From: Psilocybe cubensis
Lineage: Eukaryota
Assembly: GCA_017499595.2 (NCBI GenBank)
Contig: CM038998.1
Coordinates: forward strand, 1,984,001 to 2,048,000
Length of the DNA: 64,000 bases
Reading direction: 5' to 3'
Shown: positions 33,262 through 47,357 of the stretch, piece after piece
Layout of the letters: every line of letters begins with the position of its first letter
Numbering within the stretch: the first letter of the stretch is position 1
Notes under the pieces: generated by a model
Told to the model about the DNA's origin: nothing
Database searches by the model: none
The model's input: only the letters and a program-made list of their open reading frames with translations
Program-made: the position numbers and the translations under genes

Positions 33262-34464
33262 ATGGCTGCTCTAGAGAAAGTGTCTTCCAACAAAGTCTAC
33301 GAAGGTGAACTGATCAAGTACAAGTTCAAGGTCGGTACTCGCGTGCTCGATCCAGATATTCCTTATTAAACATATACTCTGCCCCAGTCCGAGGCTCTTG
33401 GGGGACTAGATGCAAACTTCAACTTATTCTTGCCTTCCAACAAGTCTGGCGTTAAGGTTCCCGTTCTCGTATATCTTGCAGGACTAACATGTACCGAAGA
33501 CACTGGGTACGTCTCTCTTTGAAGATCAAGACATACGCGATGCTCAGATCCGATCAGTGCCCAGAAAGGTGGATATTTAGGTGTAGCAGCCTCACAGAAC
33601 ATTGCTATCTTATTCCCCGATACGTCTCCCCGGGGTGCAGGTGTCCCAGGCGAAGACGACGATTGGGATTTTGGCACAGGGGCAGGATTTTATTTGGATG
33701 CCACTCGCCCTGAATACTCAAAGCACTACAATATGGCCACCCATATCACTGTCGAACTTCCACAGGTTATTGAAGCGGCTGGTATACCAATAGTAAGGGC
33801 GCTCCGTAACTGTCTTCTGGGCTTTGACTGAGTTTTTCAATATTTTGTTAATAGGATTTTCAACGCCAATCTATTTTCGGTCATAGTATGGGCGGACATG
33901 GCGCTTTAACTTTATATCTTTCTTCAAAAACTAAACAATATCGTTCCGCGTCTGCCTTTGCTCCTATATCAAATCCTACAAAATGTCCGTGGGGTGAAAA
34001 GGCGTTCAAAGGATATCTAGCCGGTGGCATAGCAGAAGGAAAGAGGTATGACGCCACCGAGCTCATCTCGAAGAGCACCGATCCCGTCCACATCCTCATT
34101 GACTACGTGAGTCGGCAACTTACTGAACATGTGTCCAACTTTTCGAATAAACTTTAACTAGGGTACCGGCGATAATTTCTACAAACAAGGTCAACTTCTG
34201 CCGGAATCCTTCTTGAAAGCCGCGCGCGATGCTGGTTATGATGAGTTCCAAGTGCGAGTGCGAAGTCAAGATGCTTATGATCACAGTTACTATTTTGTGA
34301 GTCTTTCAGTTTATCTAACTGATCATGATGTTCAACGCAATACTAGATTTCTACATTTGCATCGGATCACATTCACTGTAAGTAAACGTCGGTCTCCCGT
34401 CCTTCAATATCTCCATTCACTCAAACTTTCCTGTTTAGTCCACGCCAACTTTTTGAAAGCTTGA
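33262..34464 (+). CDS. S-formylglutathione hydrolase (esterase D)
   Basis: YLAGLTCTE, PDTSPRG, WDFGTGAGFYLDAT, GHSMGGHGA, CPWGEKAF and YDHSYYF. Confidence 0.95.
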
Positions 34465-34564
34465 CCATCTTATTAGACGCGCTTGTATATTTAGTATCCA
34501 CCTTTCTACCATACAGTGATCACTACAAGACTGTATGCAAAGAACAGGAACGGTTTTGAACATC

Positions 34565-36980
34565 TCACAACTGTGATACAATCCTCAGATGATACAATGC
34601 TCTCAAGTCTTCGATTTCATTGCTGATCCAAGTACTTGAAAGTGAGTCATACACTGTCGCTCGCTGGAGCGGGTCCCGGATAAGAAGGGCATTCACGAGA
34701 GTGCGAGCTGTAACAAATCGATAATTAATCAATCACAGTCTGTATATCCTGAAGCACATGCCATCTTCTAGTTCTTTCCAGATCTCTTCGTGATATTCGA
34801 CATCAGAATAGATTATCTTCTGCTTGACCTTGAGGTCCACATTAGCGTAGTTGTGGTGGGAACTTTCTCCCCAGACCATGGAGCTAGAAGAATGTCTTGG
34901 TTCGTTGTCGAAAGGGTGAGATCCACTAAATTTCAGTCTGAGATGACAATTTCAGCGGCATTTATCAAACCAAGCCACCCACGAAAGCATGATGTACAAT
35001 ATGACTCCAGCACTCCAGCAGTCCGAAGGCATTCTGTAAGCCAGGTTTCATATAATATACGCCAATAGAATATAGATGATCGGTGCTTGCCCAATGTAAC
35101 TTAAATGCTTGTTATCCAATGCTAGTATACCTTCCGGGGGCAAATAGGATACTGTCCCGCACACGTTGAAAGTTTCTTGGTACGAATTGGGGCGAGCGAG
35201 TCCAAAATCTGCAATGAGAATGCGAGGATAAGAGCCAGCACTGTGGAGCAAGATATTTTCTGGCTATAAGATCATAGGATGGTAGTGATCAGATATGTTT
35301 AACGAAGCAAAGAGCAAGAATATGCCTTCAAATCTAATTCAAGTCCCATCAACTTCAATATTCTCTTGCCATGGATTTATATATAAAATGAACTCACCTC
35401 TATGAGAAACAGATTTATCGTGCAAATACTTCAGGCCTTCTAAAAGTTGGTACATAATATATTTTGCTTCTGATTCGCATATTCTGTGTCCTGCTGCCGT
35501 GTAATTTGTAATGTAGGTGAAAAGATCCCCTCCAGTGCAGAGCTGAAGGAAAATGTGGCTTGTTTAAGGGTATCAGCAACGCGTCACGGATCACAGCAAG
35601 TATCTCTCGAACATAAACTTTTTATTTTCTTCCGTGTCGTAAATTTCGTTGATGTTTGGCTATTGGAGTTAGAATGTAAGCAAAAAAGCTTTATTCAAAT
35701 GAAAAGAACAACCGACGTGTTTGAGAGTCATCAATATTCTGACCTCTTTCAACACTTGTCCTACCTCACTCTCTTTCTTGGTCCTGATACTTTTGCAAGC
35801 GACTTGTCGATGGTTTTCAGGGTCTAATGCAAGGTGTACAGTAGCGAACGATCCAGTTCCAAGGCATTGTGAAGTGACAACATACTTCCCGATTTTCTAA
35901 ATTAACATGGTAAAGGATTGGAATCACCAGAATGTCCAATTTCGTAAAGCACCTTGTGGATCGGTTGAAGTGGAGGAGTGGGCTCAAAAAGAGACAACTT
36001 GTCAGCAGGTCCCAATCGCATATGAGTACACGTAAAAGCTGAATATTATCAATTAGAATGATTTCCAACGTGTTGTTCATGCAATAAAAGTCTACCTAGG
36101 GATTGAGGCAGTTGAAACACATCGCCGTCCATCAAAATGATTGAGGTTTTGCGTATGCATTGGCCATTTAGAAATATCCCGTTTCTCGAGACATCCTAAC
36201 GACATAGTAATAAATACAATTCTTTGCGCACCGGCAGCTGTCCGTCCTCCAAACATACTTGACATGATATGATAAAACCATCACAAGGGGAACGAACGCT
36301 TTGAGAGAATAAGTACACCATGAAGACAAGATGTCATTGGAATATGTTACTCACGCATATAATTTGCAATGAATGCCAGAGACCAACGCGTCGGTAACAA
36401 CGTAAGAGCTAAAATCGTTGAGACTGGATTTGGACTAGGAGAACGACGATGAAAACCATAAGTCCGGGTTTCTACCAATAATAACTGGTTTGTTGAGCGT
36501 CAAGTGAATGACTGTAAATGCGGCATTAAATTCAATAAAGCGAAAGAAATGATGGTTGGGAAGATACTACCTTCTTTGCGACCTTGAACTATCGTCGTTA
36601 ATTTGGCGCATACATTTGTAATTTGGCGGCTTTTGCTTGATGAGTTATTCATGCTCTATGATGTATCTTGTATTGCTGAAGTTGATTGCTACATGATAAG
36701 TATGAGGTATACAAGTAGTATTGAAAACATTGAACATACAATAATCTCAGTTAGCCAATCACTTATATTGAATCTGCCTTTGCAAGACTTTTCCAAACCA
36801 ATGTATGTGTGAGAGTCTGAGAATAATGAGAATTCGAGGTTGTCTTGAGGGCGAATGGTTGGTTCTAGAAGATACTACTAGTACACTCCAGAACGATGAT
36901 GTTGGTCGTGCCTCAACCTCTGTTACAAATATCACCAAATCGGGCATTTGGGATTGACGATATTGATCAACAACTGCCAT
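34565..36980 (-). CDS. MEK1: FHA-domain CAMK/CHK2-group protein kinase, most like meiotic Mek1
   Basis: FHA motifs IGRNP, VSGIHC and SRNGIFLNG; kinase HRDLKPEN, RILIADFGLA and CGTVSYLPPE; start approximate. Confidence 0.7.
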
Positions 36981-37112
36981 TACTGGAAAATATACGACTG
37001 ATGTACGTTCATTTAATGAAGGTAGAAAACTGTTACATTGAAAGATGAGGTTAACCAAATTCTTACATGTAAGCCTCATTAGAAAAGCGACAACATAAAA
37101 AACTCGTGATAA

Positions 37113-39435
37113 TCAGTCATATCCTCTCCCGCTTCTCTGCTTCACTCGCTTCATTTTTTTGTGCTTCTTGCCTGTATCTGCACCTTCCAACAACATGGCA
37201 AGCCTGGATTGCTTACCTGGTATCGGCGTCCCATCATTGGCCACCGAATTTTGGTGGGGATAGAGCTTCATACGTGAAAATTCCTTCCCATCGCGAACAA
37301 ACGCGGTTGAACTGAGAACAGTATTGTTTTCGAAGAAGTCCTTGTCAATGGCCCTTGACTTGCTCCCAAGCGCCTGAGCGGGAAGGAGCGAGCCGTTGGT
37401 TGGGGGCGGCACCATATTCGACTGGATAAATGTGTCGGAATCTTTCCCTACTCTTGTGACCGGTGCTCTCTTTTTACCAGCCATTCGTGTTAAGGCATTC
37501 TTGTGAGTAGGTTTGTTAAATTCTGCAACAGAGATGCCTGGGGGAGCGTGGCAGAAAAGGAGTTTTCCGTTCACGTAATCTTTCAAGATGTATCGAGCTG
37601 AGCGGGCTTCGTCTGGGTTTCCTTGACCAGAGCGTACATATCCGCGAGCAACTATTACGAACTAGTAAGCATGAATCAGAGGAAGAAGCAGTGAAAGGAC
37701 CATACTCGCATATGCTACGAGAAGATTTTCTGCTGTCACACTTCCGTCACCTCCTTCCTCTGTACCCCGAGTTTTGATAGTCAACCCATAAGTGGCCTCC
37801 AAGATTTCTTTGGGCAACCGCATAGTAAGTAACGATATAGGCCCGGTGTATTCCCTAAGCTGGTCGATGGGTAGAACGCCATCACAAACCAGATCTGCTT
37901 TTGTGGTTGCAAATTGAGGAAATACTAGGCCTGGGCAATCGCAAAGAATAATTGAATCTGAAAGATTGATGGTTTGGAAATGCTTTGTTTTTCCAGGCGT
38001 CGAAGACACGCTAACTTTCTTCTCTCCAAGAAGGGAGTTAATTGTACTTGATTTACCGACATTTGGATAGCCGACTAAACCAACTATGAGCCTGGAAGGC
38101 GGTTTGCCCGTGTGATCAGCAAATTCTATATGGTTGTAGTAAGAATAATGCAGACTACAGCACAAAATGATAAGATGCTAACCGTTCAGATTAGGAGCCA
38201 TTCTTATGAACATTTCTTCGAGTTCCTGAACCGTCAGCACTTTGGATCTCGAGCCATGCTCCTCTTCATCTTCATCGTCATCTTCATCTTCGGCAGAGAA
38301 ATAAACATCCTCGTCTTCGTCTTCGGATGTAACATCTTCTGATCCTGATTCTGCATCATCTGGGGCGTTATCATTGTCATTTTCTTCACGTTGTCTAATT
38401 TCTAAAGCTTCTGCCGCTTCTCGTCGAGCTTGTTGAATTGCGGCCGCGTTAGCTGCTGAGTAGAACGCATAATGGATACCTTGTGAATCGAAATAATCCG
38501 CCCACTGAGATCTAAGATATGGCATTAAGTCTTCTTTACACAATAAAAATAAATTCACGGACCGCTGTTTTGATGTCAGAAGGTCTGCTTTGTTGATGAG
38601 CAACATACTACGCCTTTTGCCCTTCCCTGTGCCGGCCTCTCCTTCATTCCCTTCGACGTCGTGGACATATGACTCAAGATCCTCACAACGGAAGCGCAGT
38701 GGGTTTCGGGCATCAACGATTTGGACAACGAGATGGGAACGTTCTAAAACCCGCCAAAGTTGTCTCCAAACTTCGAGATTACGTTCAAATGGAGTCAAAA
38801 GAAAAGATTCCCCGTCTTGAAGTCTGATGAAATAGTTCAGTAAAGAAGTTGAGAATAGAACGAGAATATAACAACTCTGCGAGGCCTCGGCGCCATTCTA
38901 AAAACGCGTCCTTTTCGCGTCTATCCAATTCTTCAATAGTCATCGACTTCTTCCATGGAGGTCTTCTAGGTACACGCAATCGTTGTTTGTTTTCTCTGTG
39001 CTTCTGCAGCACTTTTTTCTCTTCTTGGTCAGATAGTAGATGTGGGTTATGTGATACGGAGGATGTTTGCGGTATAATCTTAACACTTCTACGTTCTATG
39101 AACGCAACTAATGGTCAACGTACATATTAAAAGTAGAAATATTTTTTTACCAGCTGTAAATTCCGTTCCAGCCAACTGAGCAGTGTTCAAAAATTCGTCG
39201 AGATCGCGTTCCTGTGTTACGGACTTCAAACGATTTGAACTGTCCAAATCCACAGAATACTGTTGCAGGCACAGTCAGCTACAAACCGAATCGAAACCAA
39301 AGCACTGACAAGACCGGACTCTTGCATTCTTTTAGCATCTTTGACTTTCTTATTAATGATCGCGCGACCTAGTCCACTTGGATTTGGATCTCGACCTTTC
39401 GGAGCCTGCGTTGGGTGAGTTCGCGTTGAAAACAT
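37113..39435 (-). CDS. LSG1: Large ribosomal subunit biogenesis GTPase Lsg1
   Basis: GLGRAIIN, TPFERNLEVWRQLWRV, NKADLL, GYPNVGKSS, TPGKTKHFQT and DCPGLVFP (circularly permuted GTPase); start approximate. Confidence 0.95.
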
Positions 39436-39820
39436 AAGGACAATGAGCACACCATGATACACTATTGCAAATGTTGACTCCCTTAAGTTGGTTTTATGAG
39501 GATCTAAAAATTGGGGACTATATTGAACGGTTTTTTTGCTGCCAGTGGGTTTTGCAATGTAAGATCTCTTTTAAGATGCAAAAGATCTTGTCGGGATGTG
39601 TCATGTAATTTTTGTGACTCGATCATATGATCTGATGATGTCATCCATGTCAAGTTCATTACAATGAGTGAAAGTATATTGCCTGGTCTCGACCAAACAG
39701 AATCGACCATCAGCACACTTCTCTGAAGCTTGCGCTGAAATTTATCCTTGCTGCGCGATCCAGAGTGAGCCGCATATCATTTTCCAACTCCCATCCAGTC
39801 TCAAATCGCTTACAGACAAA

Positions 39821-41005
39821 ATGGACCGCGCGTCGGCCTCTGTCTTATATCTTTATAGGTCGTATCTACGACAGAGCAGGAACTTGCCTCATCTTTATCT
39901 TCGGTATACTATTCTTTTGAGTCTAAGTCTATGTTATCTCACGTGAAACATAGACAATTTTTTCAGGTACGGGCGAGGGATGACATAAATGCAATTTTGT
40001 CCTCTAAATCGGAAGATCGTCGAGCGGAAAGAATCAAACTTGTGCACAAGGTGATGCGTCTCAATCACGAGCCGCTAATGGCTATGTACTGATTATTTTT
40101 TTAGAGAATACACAGGATACAGAAGGCTAATAACGGGGACCGCAAATCTTTCAATTGGATTTTAGAACTTGCATATGGCAGGAAGGGGAAACTCAAATGG
40201 GACCTTTTGGAGGTGCATCCCTATATTTCTAACCAGGATACTCTCTACTAAAGTCATACAATAGCCAATAAGATATCCAAGCGTCAACGATATACCGAAT
40301 GAACCAATCATTCCTGGAGTAGAAAAATCAAGGCCGCCAGTTTATTCGCCGGAATTGAAAGCGTTATTAACCAGCTCAGGGTCGAGAGACAAAAAGGCGT
40401 TGGACAGGAAAGACCTAATCACACCTCGCACGCTCCCTCCGCGCGCGAACCCCAATTCCATAGAGGCTCTGACTTTTGGCCCTTTCAGCAAACGCCGGGA
40501 AGTAAATATACGTCGTCGTTTCTTCCAAGATGAACTCAAAAAGATTTTACCTCCTTTGCAAGTCACCGAGATAATGCCTTCAACGAATATTTCCAAAGTG
40601 CCTATGAGGTCGTTGGGGTTCCAAAACAGTGGCGTTTTGCAGGAGCTTGAAACTCTCATTGGTTATAGTTTAACTGAAAACCCTCCGAAAACACGACGAG
40701 AAAGACGTTCTTTACCCGCCGAACAACCGGTCCTAATTCCTACGACAAACCTTGAGCGACATCCCTCAAGGTGGGTTAGAAGGCGTTATCGCGCCCTGCT
40801 AGCGCGTATACCTCTGTTATTCTACGAATGTAAATCAAATTCAACACAACCGTTCCGGGTCGAAAAACATCCTCTGGGCCATTTCCCCCATGACAGGTCG
40901 GTTAGAACAATGCCAGATTTAGACGCCGTCACTATGGCTTGGATTGAGCAAAAATCAACAACAAATATTAAACGGGCAAAAGGTGCTGATAAAGGGAAAG
41001 AGTAA
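39821..41005 (+). CDS. LYR-motif-containing protein, probably mitochondrial (Cup1-like)
   Basis: LYRSYLR at the N-terminus; LELAYGRKGKLKW; SRWVRRRYRALL; 3 introns. Confidence 0.72.
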
Positions 41006-44000
41006 CTACTTAGAAGGATCCGAATTATCCATTTCTAGTCCATGTAAATCTATAACATACATACTATAATTATAATCACGGCCTGCCCCTTTGGATTCGC
41101 TGGTGTTGGAAGGGTCAACCCCGCACTGAAGACTAAGCATTGTCTGGTATTCATCGAACGTAAACTTCTGCTCTTTACGAATGCCGTCAAGCATTTCCTA
41201 TGAGGGCGAGTCAATACCTTGTTACTATAAAAATAGCTCATCTAACCTGTGGAGTAATGAAGAAAAGATTGAAGTATTGCTGAACGTGTTCAAATCTGGC
41301 ATCTTCAGGATCGTCTGTTAAGGCCTTGATACTTTGCTGCAATGCTAGGATATTTCTCTTCATCTTCTTAATACCGAAGGCGTTCGGGCGCCGTAACTGG
41401 CGAGCACCTTTAATGAGAATGTGTTCCATAAGTTGTCCGAGTCCAGCAAAAACATATCTATCATAATAAATAATCGTGTCAATAAGATCTACAAGACACA
41501 AATGTGAATGTATGCACCGTCTTTGAGCTTCGGGCAAACTTGTGATCATGGATTCATTGCATTGTACCAGTTCCGTAGTGAGGTCGACAACATGAGGATC
41601 CGGTTCAACAGCTTCGTAAGTAGAATCATACGTGCCCTGTCCAACAGATAATCAGAAAAGAGCAGAGCAAAACAAACAATCAAACCAACGTGGCGCATTG
41701 CAGACGTGAGATAAAATATAGTTCGACAACGCAATTCGCTTCTTAGAGTGTCCAAAATCAAAGTAGACAATTGGTCGTATGTTTTAAGCAAGGCCTGAAA
41801 TCGTCTGAGGAGTAATAATTATAATCAAAAAGAAAACGATAAGTAAAGCGTCTTACAGTGACATTTCTTTTGAAAGAGGCAAGCTAAGCCGATCAGTGGT
41901 AGTGTCGTTTGGTAAGTTGGGTATATGAGGGAAGGACGGTGTCATTCCGGTAATGGGCTCTAAATTGTTTGGGCTCAGGGGAAGAGTGTCGTCTGGTCTA
42001 GACTTCAGAGCGTTGAGTTCAACCGAAAACCAAGACTTTAAAACGATTCAGACACGAGGTGATAGACGTAGAATTTAGGGCACATACCACACTGTAATGC
42101 AAAGAAGCCAAAGCTGAAAGATTTTTGGTTGATACGATAAGGTCATCTTTAGACAATTGCTTCTCTCCGAGAAACTGCAATTGAATGTTGGTTTCCTGAC
42201 GATAAAGTTTGTGCAATTTCGCTTCCTCTTTCACCTAGCATATCAAGAACTTCGTTAGGTATAATTCACGAATCGGTATAGGTGAAGTTTGATTTGTCCT
42301 TACCTCTGTGCGTATGAGCTCATTGAAGCACGGCTGAAGTTCGGACCTCTGTGCCCACTGAGCTGCTAGAGCAACAGAATTCTCACGACCTGACTCATTA
42401 TTATGGGCGGTAGTTAAGTTTTGGTAGCGATCACTGCAGCGTTGATAGAACTGTATGACGACCCCTAGTATCAGCCGTGAATAGTTTTCACGGTGAAAAG
42501 GACTTGTTATGAGCATAGCACACAGAGAGTTGATCAAAGCCATGAGATGCGTGCAAGCCTATTGATAATCTTTAAGAAATGAGTTGTTGAGGTAACCAAG
42601 AATAATATACCTTGAGAAGCGGTTGAGGAGACAGTCGTACCGAGAGTGGATCAGGCTGAAATGCCTCAGAACCTATTAATTAACTAGTCAACGTGTGGTC
42701 TGTAAGACTCATATACGGACTTGCCTGCAACGGCATTGTGGAATAACTCAGAAACCTTTTCTTCTAGCTGTGGTAAATATACTTTTAGAACAAACTCATC
42801 CAGTACTGAGCTTGACGACTGAGCGAATTCCATGCCCGAAGGAAGTATCTCAGCAACGCGGTGAAGGTAACTAAGGGTAGGTTGAAAAAGCACAGTGACA
42901 TGGAACGCATCTGGCCGTATGAGGAGACGGTGGTGTTGATCAACCCCAAGTAAGCGATCGTCCTGAGCATTGCTAAAAATTGTTTGGACAGTGTCTCCAG
43001 TAGTACTCGGAGCCAGACCAGGCATTGTATCTTTCAAAGCCCTAGTAAGTCCATCTTCATGGGGTTTTAGGGCTTTACTTGTCAATTTAGAGTCAGTATC
43101 GGAAAATCGGAAAACAGGCTACATTACGCAGAGATTAATCAATGCGTGTATATACGAGCGAATGAACGGGGGAAAACCTTAATTCTATCCCTGTTGAATT
43201 TCCCATCACGTAAAATTTCATTGATCGATGAGATGGGATTTCTGCCGGTGACAGAGCCCTGCTGTTCGTCGGTCAAATAGTCATTGATTAAAGTTCGGAC
43301 CTGCAGACAGCACGAAGTTGATGAAAGCGTGCATTGTTTGTGATCAAAGTCGCACCTCTGCTTGAACATGGTTCCAAATCTCTGGCAGAGGAAAAAGCAT
43401 TCCTGGCTTAGTGCCAGAAGAATCTTTATAATCTCGTCTCTGTCATTCATTGCGTTAAAAAGGATGCGAAAACAGTGTCTCAAACAGCTTACTGATCCGA
43501 TCCGAGTGGCAACCTCTGTTACAACTCTAAACCCCTGAGCAACAGCTTCAAGTTTTGAATACAGTGTCCAAAACAGATCCATTAGGATTTCATGATCGAC
43601 TCTTTTTGCAAGAGATTCCAATGCAGTCAGACGCAGGCTCGAGGACTTGAGCAAAGGACCTCGCATTCCGATAAGAGATGTTCCAGATATCAGAGTACCT
43701 GAGCTAAGTACGTATGCACCTTCTGTTTCACCGAGGATATTATTCATTGCCAGAGTAGATCTTCTTCTTCCAAACTCAGCTCGCTCTTCTACTTCTCCTA
43801 AGGTTGTTTCCACGAGTGCAAAGATTTCGCTAGGTAAACGTTGTGCGATATTATCCAGAGCATTGCCAAGTTTCCCAAGAACGGCTAATGACTCCAGTAA
43901 TGTTTCCATATATGAAAACGAATCCGCCTCAGGGTTAAGATTAGAAGATAAATACATCGCAGTGGAAGAGGAGTTGCTTGGCTGGGAAACAACAGATGGT

Positions 44001-45809
44001 GCACCCTGCAATGAATTAGAGTGCTGAGCGTCATTTACATCGTAAGGCGGGTCGTTGGGCCTCAGACCAAGGTTGTTTAGAAACCGTGTTAACCGAGTCT
44101 GTTGTATTGTGGGCGATAACGGGGTGACAGGCTCTTCATCCAGAGCCTGAGGTCCATGATCATTTTCGAAATCAACCTTTGGGACTGAAGGAAATGATTA
44201 ATGTAAATTAAAAATGAAAATATCGTGCTCACAGCTGCGTTGATTTGGCACGTATGCCGCCCACCGAGATTCACACCAAAATGACTTCAGATACAGATGG
44301 TTCTGCAGTTCTTCGATGAGAATTTCGCGAAGCGCCTGGGCACATGGGCGATAAGGATAAGCGCCAAAAAGGTGCGATATATGTACGAACCGTTTCTTGA
44401 CCAACCAGATAGCTTCTTAGATCAGAAACCGCCCCGATTTCAAGCATATCTGGTTTATTGATAATCTTCAAGCTCCGAACAAGGAGGATAGCAGCCTGTA
44501 GAAGGCGCTTCTCTGACATCAGTGTCTCCAATAAGTCGGGAACGGTCTTGAGGTGCTCACTGAAAAAAGGGAGTAATAGTCAAGGTAAGGCTGTGATTTG
44601 AACTGAACAACACGTACATTTGGTCCAATATTTTAATCATTTCTTCTAGCGTTTGTCCCCTATTCCATAATTGAACCAGGTCGGCGCGTTTCCCTCCTAA
44701 AGATTCTTTTGCGTCTAGCAATGCTGATCGCGCTGAAGAGATTTCAGTCTGAGCAATGCCCAGATGATTTAATAGAGATGCATGATGAGGAAGGGATGCT
44801 GCAAATGCTTGATAGTGTTCTGAATTATATTGCACAGTTAGTCATGGGCTGCAATGCTGAGTTTACAGAACATACTGTCTACCGAGCCTTTCAATGCCTT
44901 AGAGAGCATATTTTTAGTTCGGCGGAAAGATTCCATGTCTTTACCCAAAGCCGATTTGTCTAGCAATTGTAATGCAAGGTCGACACTGTTGAACTACTTT
45001 CAATGGTGAGTGGTATGCATTCGTTATCATTCTGCAGAGAGTTCGCACATTAGGGTCAATTACAAATTCCCAGCCATCTTTAACTTGGTCAAGAACAGCT
45101 TGTATAAAAGCATGTGAGTTGATTAGTAGGATAAATGGATTGCAGACGACGTACCATCGATCTCACCAGCCCTAGTGTTTCCCCTTCGGATCCCAGGCGC
45201 ACGATCTCGTATCCGTTGTTGTCTGGCCTTTTCTGCTTCGATCTCGAGTTCCCTCTCTCTTTGATAGTTGTACTCTTCTGAATCTTCGGTTTGACGCCGT
45301 CGCGAACCAGCAGATTTGAATGCGGACAAGGCAGAATTGAGGGAGTTGGGCGACGTTACATCCGCAGTGTCTTGCGAAGGGTTTTGAATACGCTGTGGCC
45401 TTTGCCTAGAAGAAGTAGCAGTAGTAGCACCGTTAGTAGCTGTGTTCGGGGTTGTACGATAGGACGCTCCGTTGTTTTCAGAACGAGATGTGCTTATGCT
45501 ATCCCTATAGTAAGGATCCTGAGAGGACGTGGATGCCCGCTCAGAACCTGCATAGTCAGCACGAGCTCTTAGTTCAGATCTTTGAGGTCGAGATGGACCC
45601 AGTGGTGCAGTACTCGGGGGTGCATATGATGTAGGGGAGGCAGAGATGTATGAATTGACTGGTGTTGTTGGTCGCGACCCTGGACGCGATATTTGCAGAG
45701 GTTTTACAGATGAAGTTCCAGGCGCAGAGGCTGGTTGTTGAGTATAATGAGAACCATTGGAAGCAGAAGGAGAGCGACGACGAGTGGGGAAAGGGGGAGC
45801 TCTGGACAT
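41006..45809 (-). CDS. SEC8: Exocyst complex component Sec8
   Basis: DFNSVDLALQLLD-type N-terminal block, EELQNHLYLKS, NPEADSFSYMETLLESL and KKMKRNILALQQ; many introns. Confidence 0.9.
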
Positions 45810-45920
45810 GGATAGATAGATTTAAAGAACGAAGAACTGTGTCTGCCTTGACTGAGGATATCAATGACCCACGTGCTGACTCTAAACTTAGCTAAATCTG
45901 TAGCCAAGACCACAACTGCC

Positions 45921-47131
45921 ATGGTCGCTGCTCAATTGCCCCCTTTTCTCGCACCGTTCACTCCCAAATATTCTCTTAATCTACCCTCAGTCTGCCAGAA
46001 TGCCTATTTTACTCATCGTGGGAACCTAGGGTCGTCTCAAGCTTTGTGGTGGACACCACGAGATCAGCACTGCCAACCTAACGCAGTATTACTCTTTATA
46101 CCTGGTGAGTCGCGGATTAACACTTGCCAGGTTAGCCGTGGTTCACAATAAACGTGCATAGGCAATCCAGGACTTGTGGACTTCTACATACCTTTTCTCT
46201 CTACTATACACGAGAATTACACACATTTGAACCTCGGGATATTAGCTCATTCTCATTTGGATCATTATGCTGGATTAGAAAGGAAGCCAGAGGGGAGATA
46301 TTCACAAGGGGAATTTTTATCTATACAAGTTCAAAGCACCATTGAAGTTCTGGACGCGATCTTAAGTTACTACACTCCAAGCACGAAGATTATTCTTGTC
46401 GGACACAGCGTTGGCTCCTGGATAATTTCGCAAGTCAGTTACGTTGGCCCAAAAATTTCTTTTTCACGCTTATTTCTGTGCAGATTTTAAAAGAGAGGAA
46501 AGATTACATAAAGGCGGTGTTCCTCTTATTCCCAACCCTTAGCAACATTGCAAACACCCCCAACGGAAAGCTATTACATGTAAGTCTTTCGGAGTTACCA
46601 ATTACAGTTTAATCATGATTTTTGCTTTTAAGCCCATCTTCGCACCATTGTCAAGGCATATCCTTTCTTCATTCTCGTTCCTCATAGGATTTCTTCCGCG
46701 GTCTCTACTGTCCGCACTGTATTCCAGCTGGCCTGAACAACAACTCCGGGTGCTACAGAATTTCTTATCTTCAAAAACAACTATTTTTTCTGCGTTAACT
46801 ATGGGCGCGGAAGAAATGAGTACAATAAAACAACTGGAAGCTCATATCTTGAAGGAGAATAAAGAAAAAATATACGCATATTATGCACAACAAGATGATT
46901 GGGTTGGTGAGGAGAGACAAGTAATCTTCAACCTGCTCGATCCAGATTGTCAATCGTCACAAGTGGTCCAAGGATCTGCCGGTGTCCCACATGCCTTCTG
47001 CATCAGTGAGTAGTTTGAGGTCTCTAATTACTTGCTTGGCTGATAGAGTTCTGGAAGATCATAGCGAGACTGTAGCACGCCAATGTATTCATTGGCTCGG
47101 GAGTCTTCTAAAAAGCGAGGTTGATAAATAA
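45921..47131 (+). CDS. Lipid droplet-associated hydrolase (LDAH/Ypr147c family)
   Basis: LLFIPGNPGLVDFY, VGHSVG, LLFPT, QDDWV and VPHAFC. Confidence 0.88.
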
Positions 47132-47357
47132 TCGTACAAAAAAGATATTTAAAAATGGAACGAATAACTGAGTATCATGGTAATACTAAACTGAGAATAC
47201 GGAACATTAACGCGAGTTTGGCGTTGTCATTTAAAGGATTTAGTTTACATAATCCGAATAAATTATCGTGATGCTTTTGATTCATGCACCGGCCGCTTTG
47301 CACATTCTACATACTACTATACTGTAGTTTGACACATTGTCATTTTGGCCTTTGGAC

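Noticed and set aside
8776..34464. Secondary-metabolite gene cluster (4CL-like ligase, lipase, P450)
   Set aside because: The genes are far apart and separated by housekeeping genes; no PKS, NRPS or terpene synthase backbone in the window.
39621..39726. GATCATATGATC palindrome and TGATGA...CTGA pair resembling a box C/D snoRNA
   Set aside because: No terminal stem or recognisable rRNA guide complementarity; it lies in a divergent promoter. An Rfam/snoscan search would be needed.
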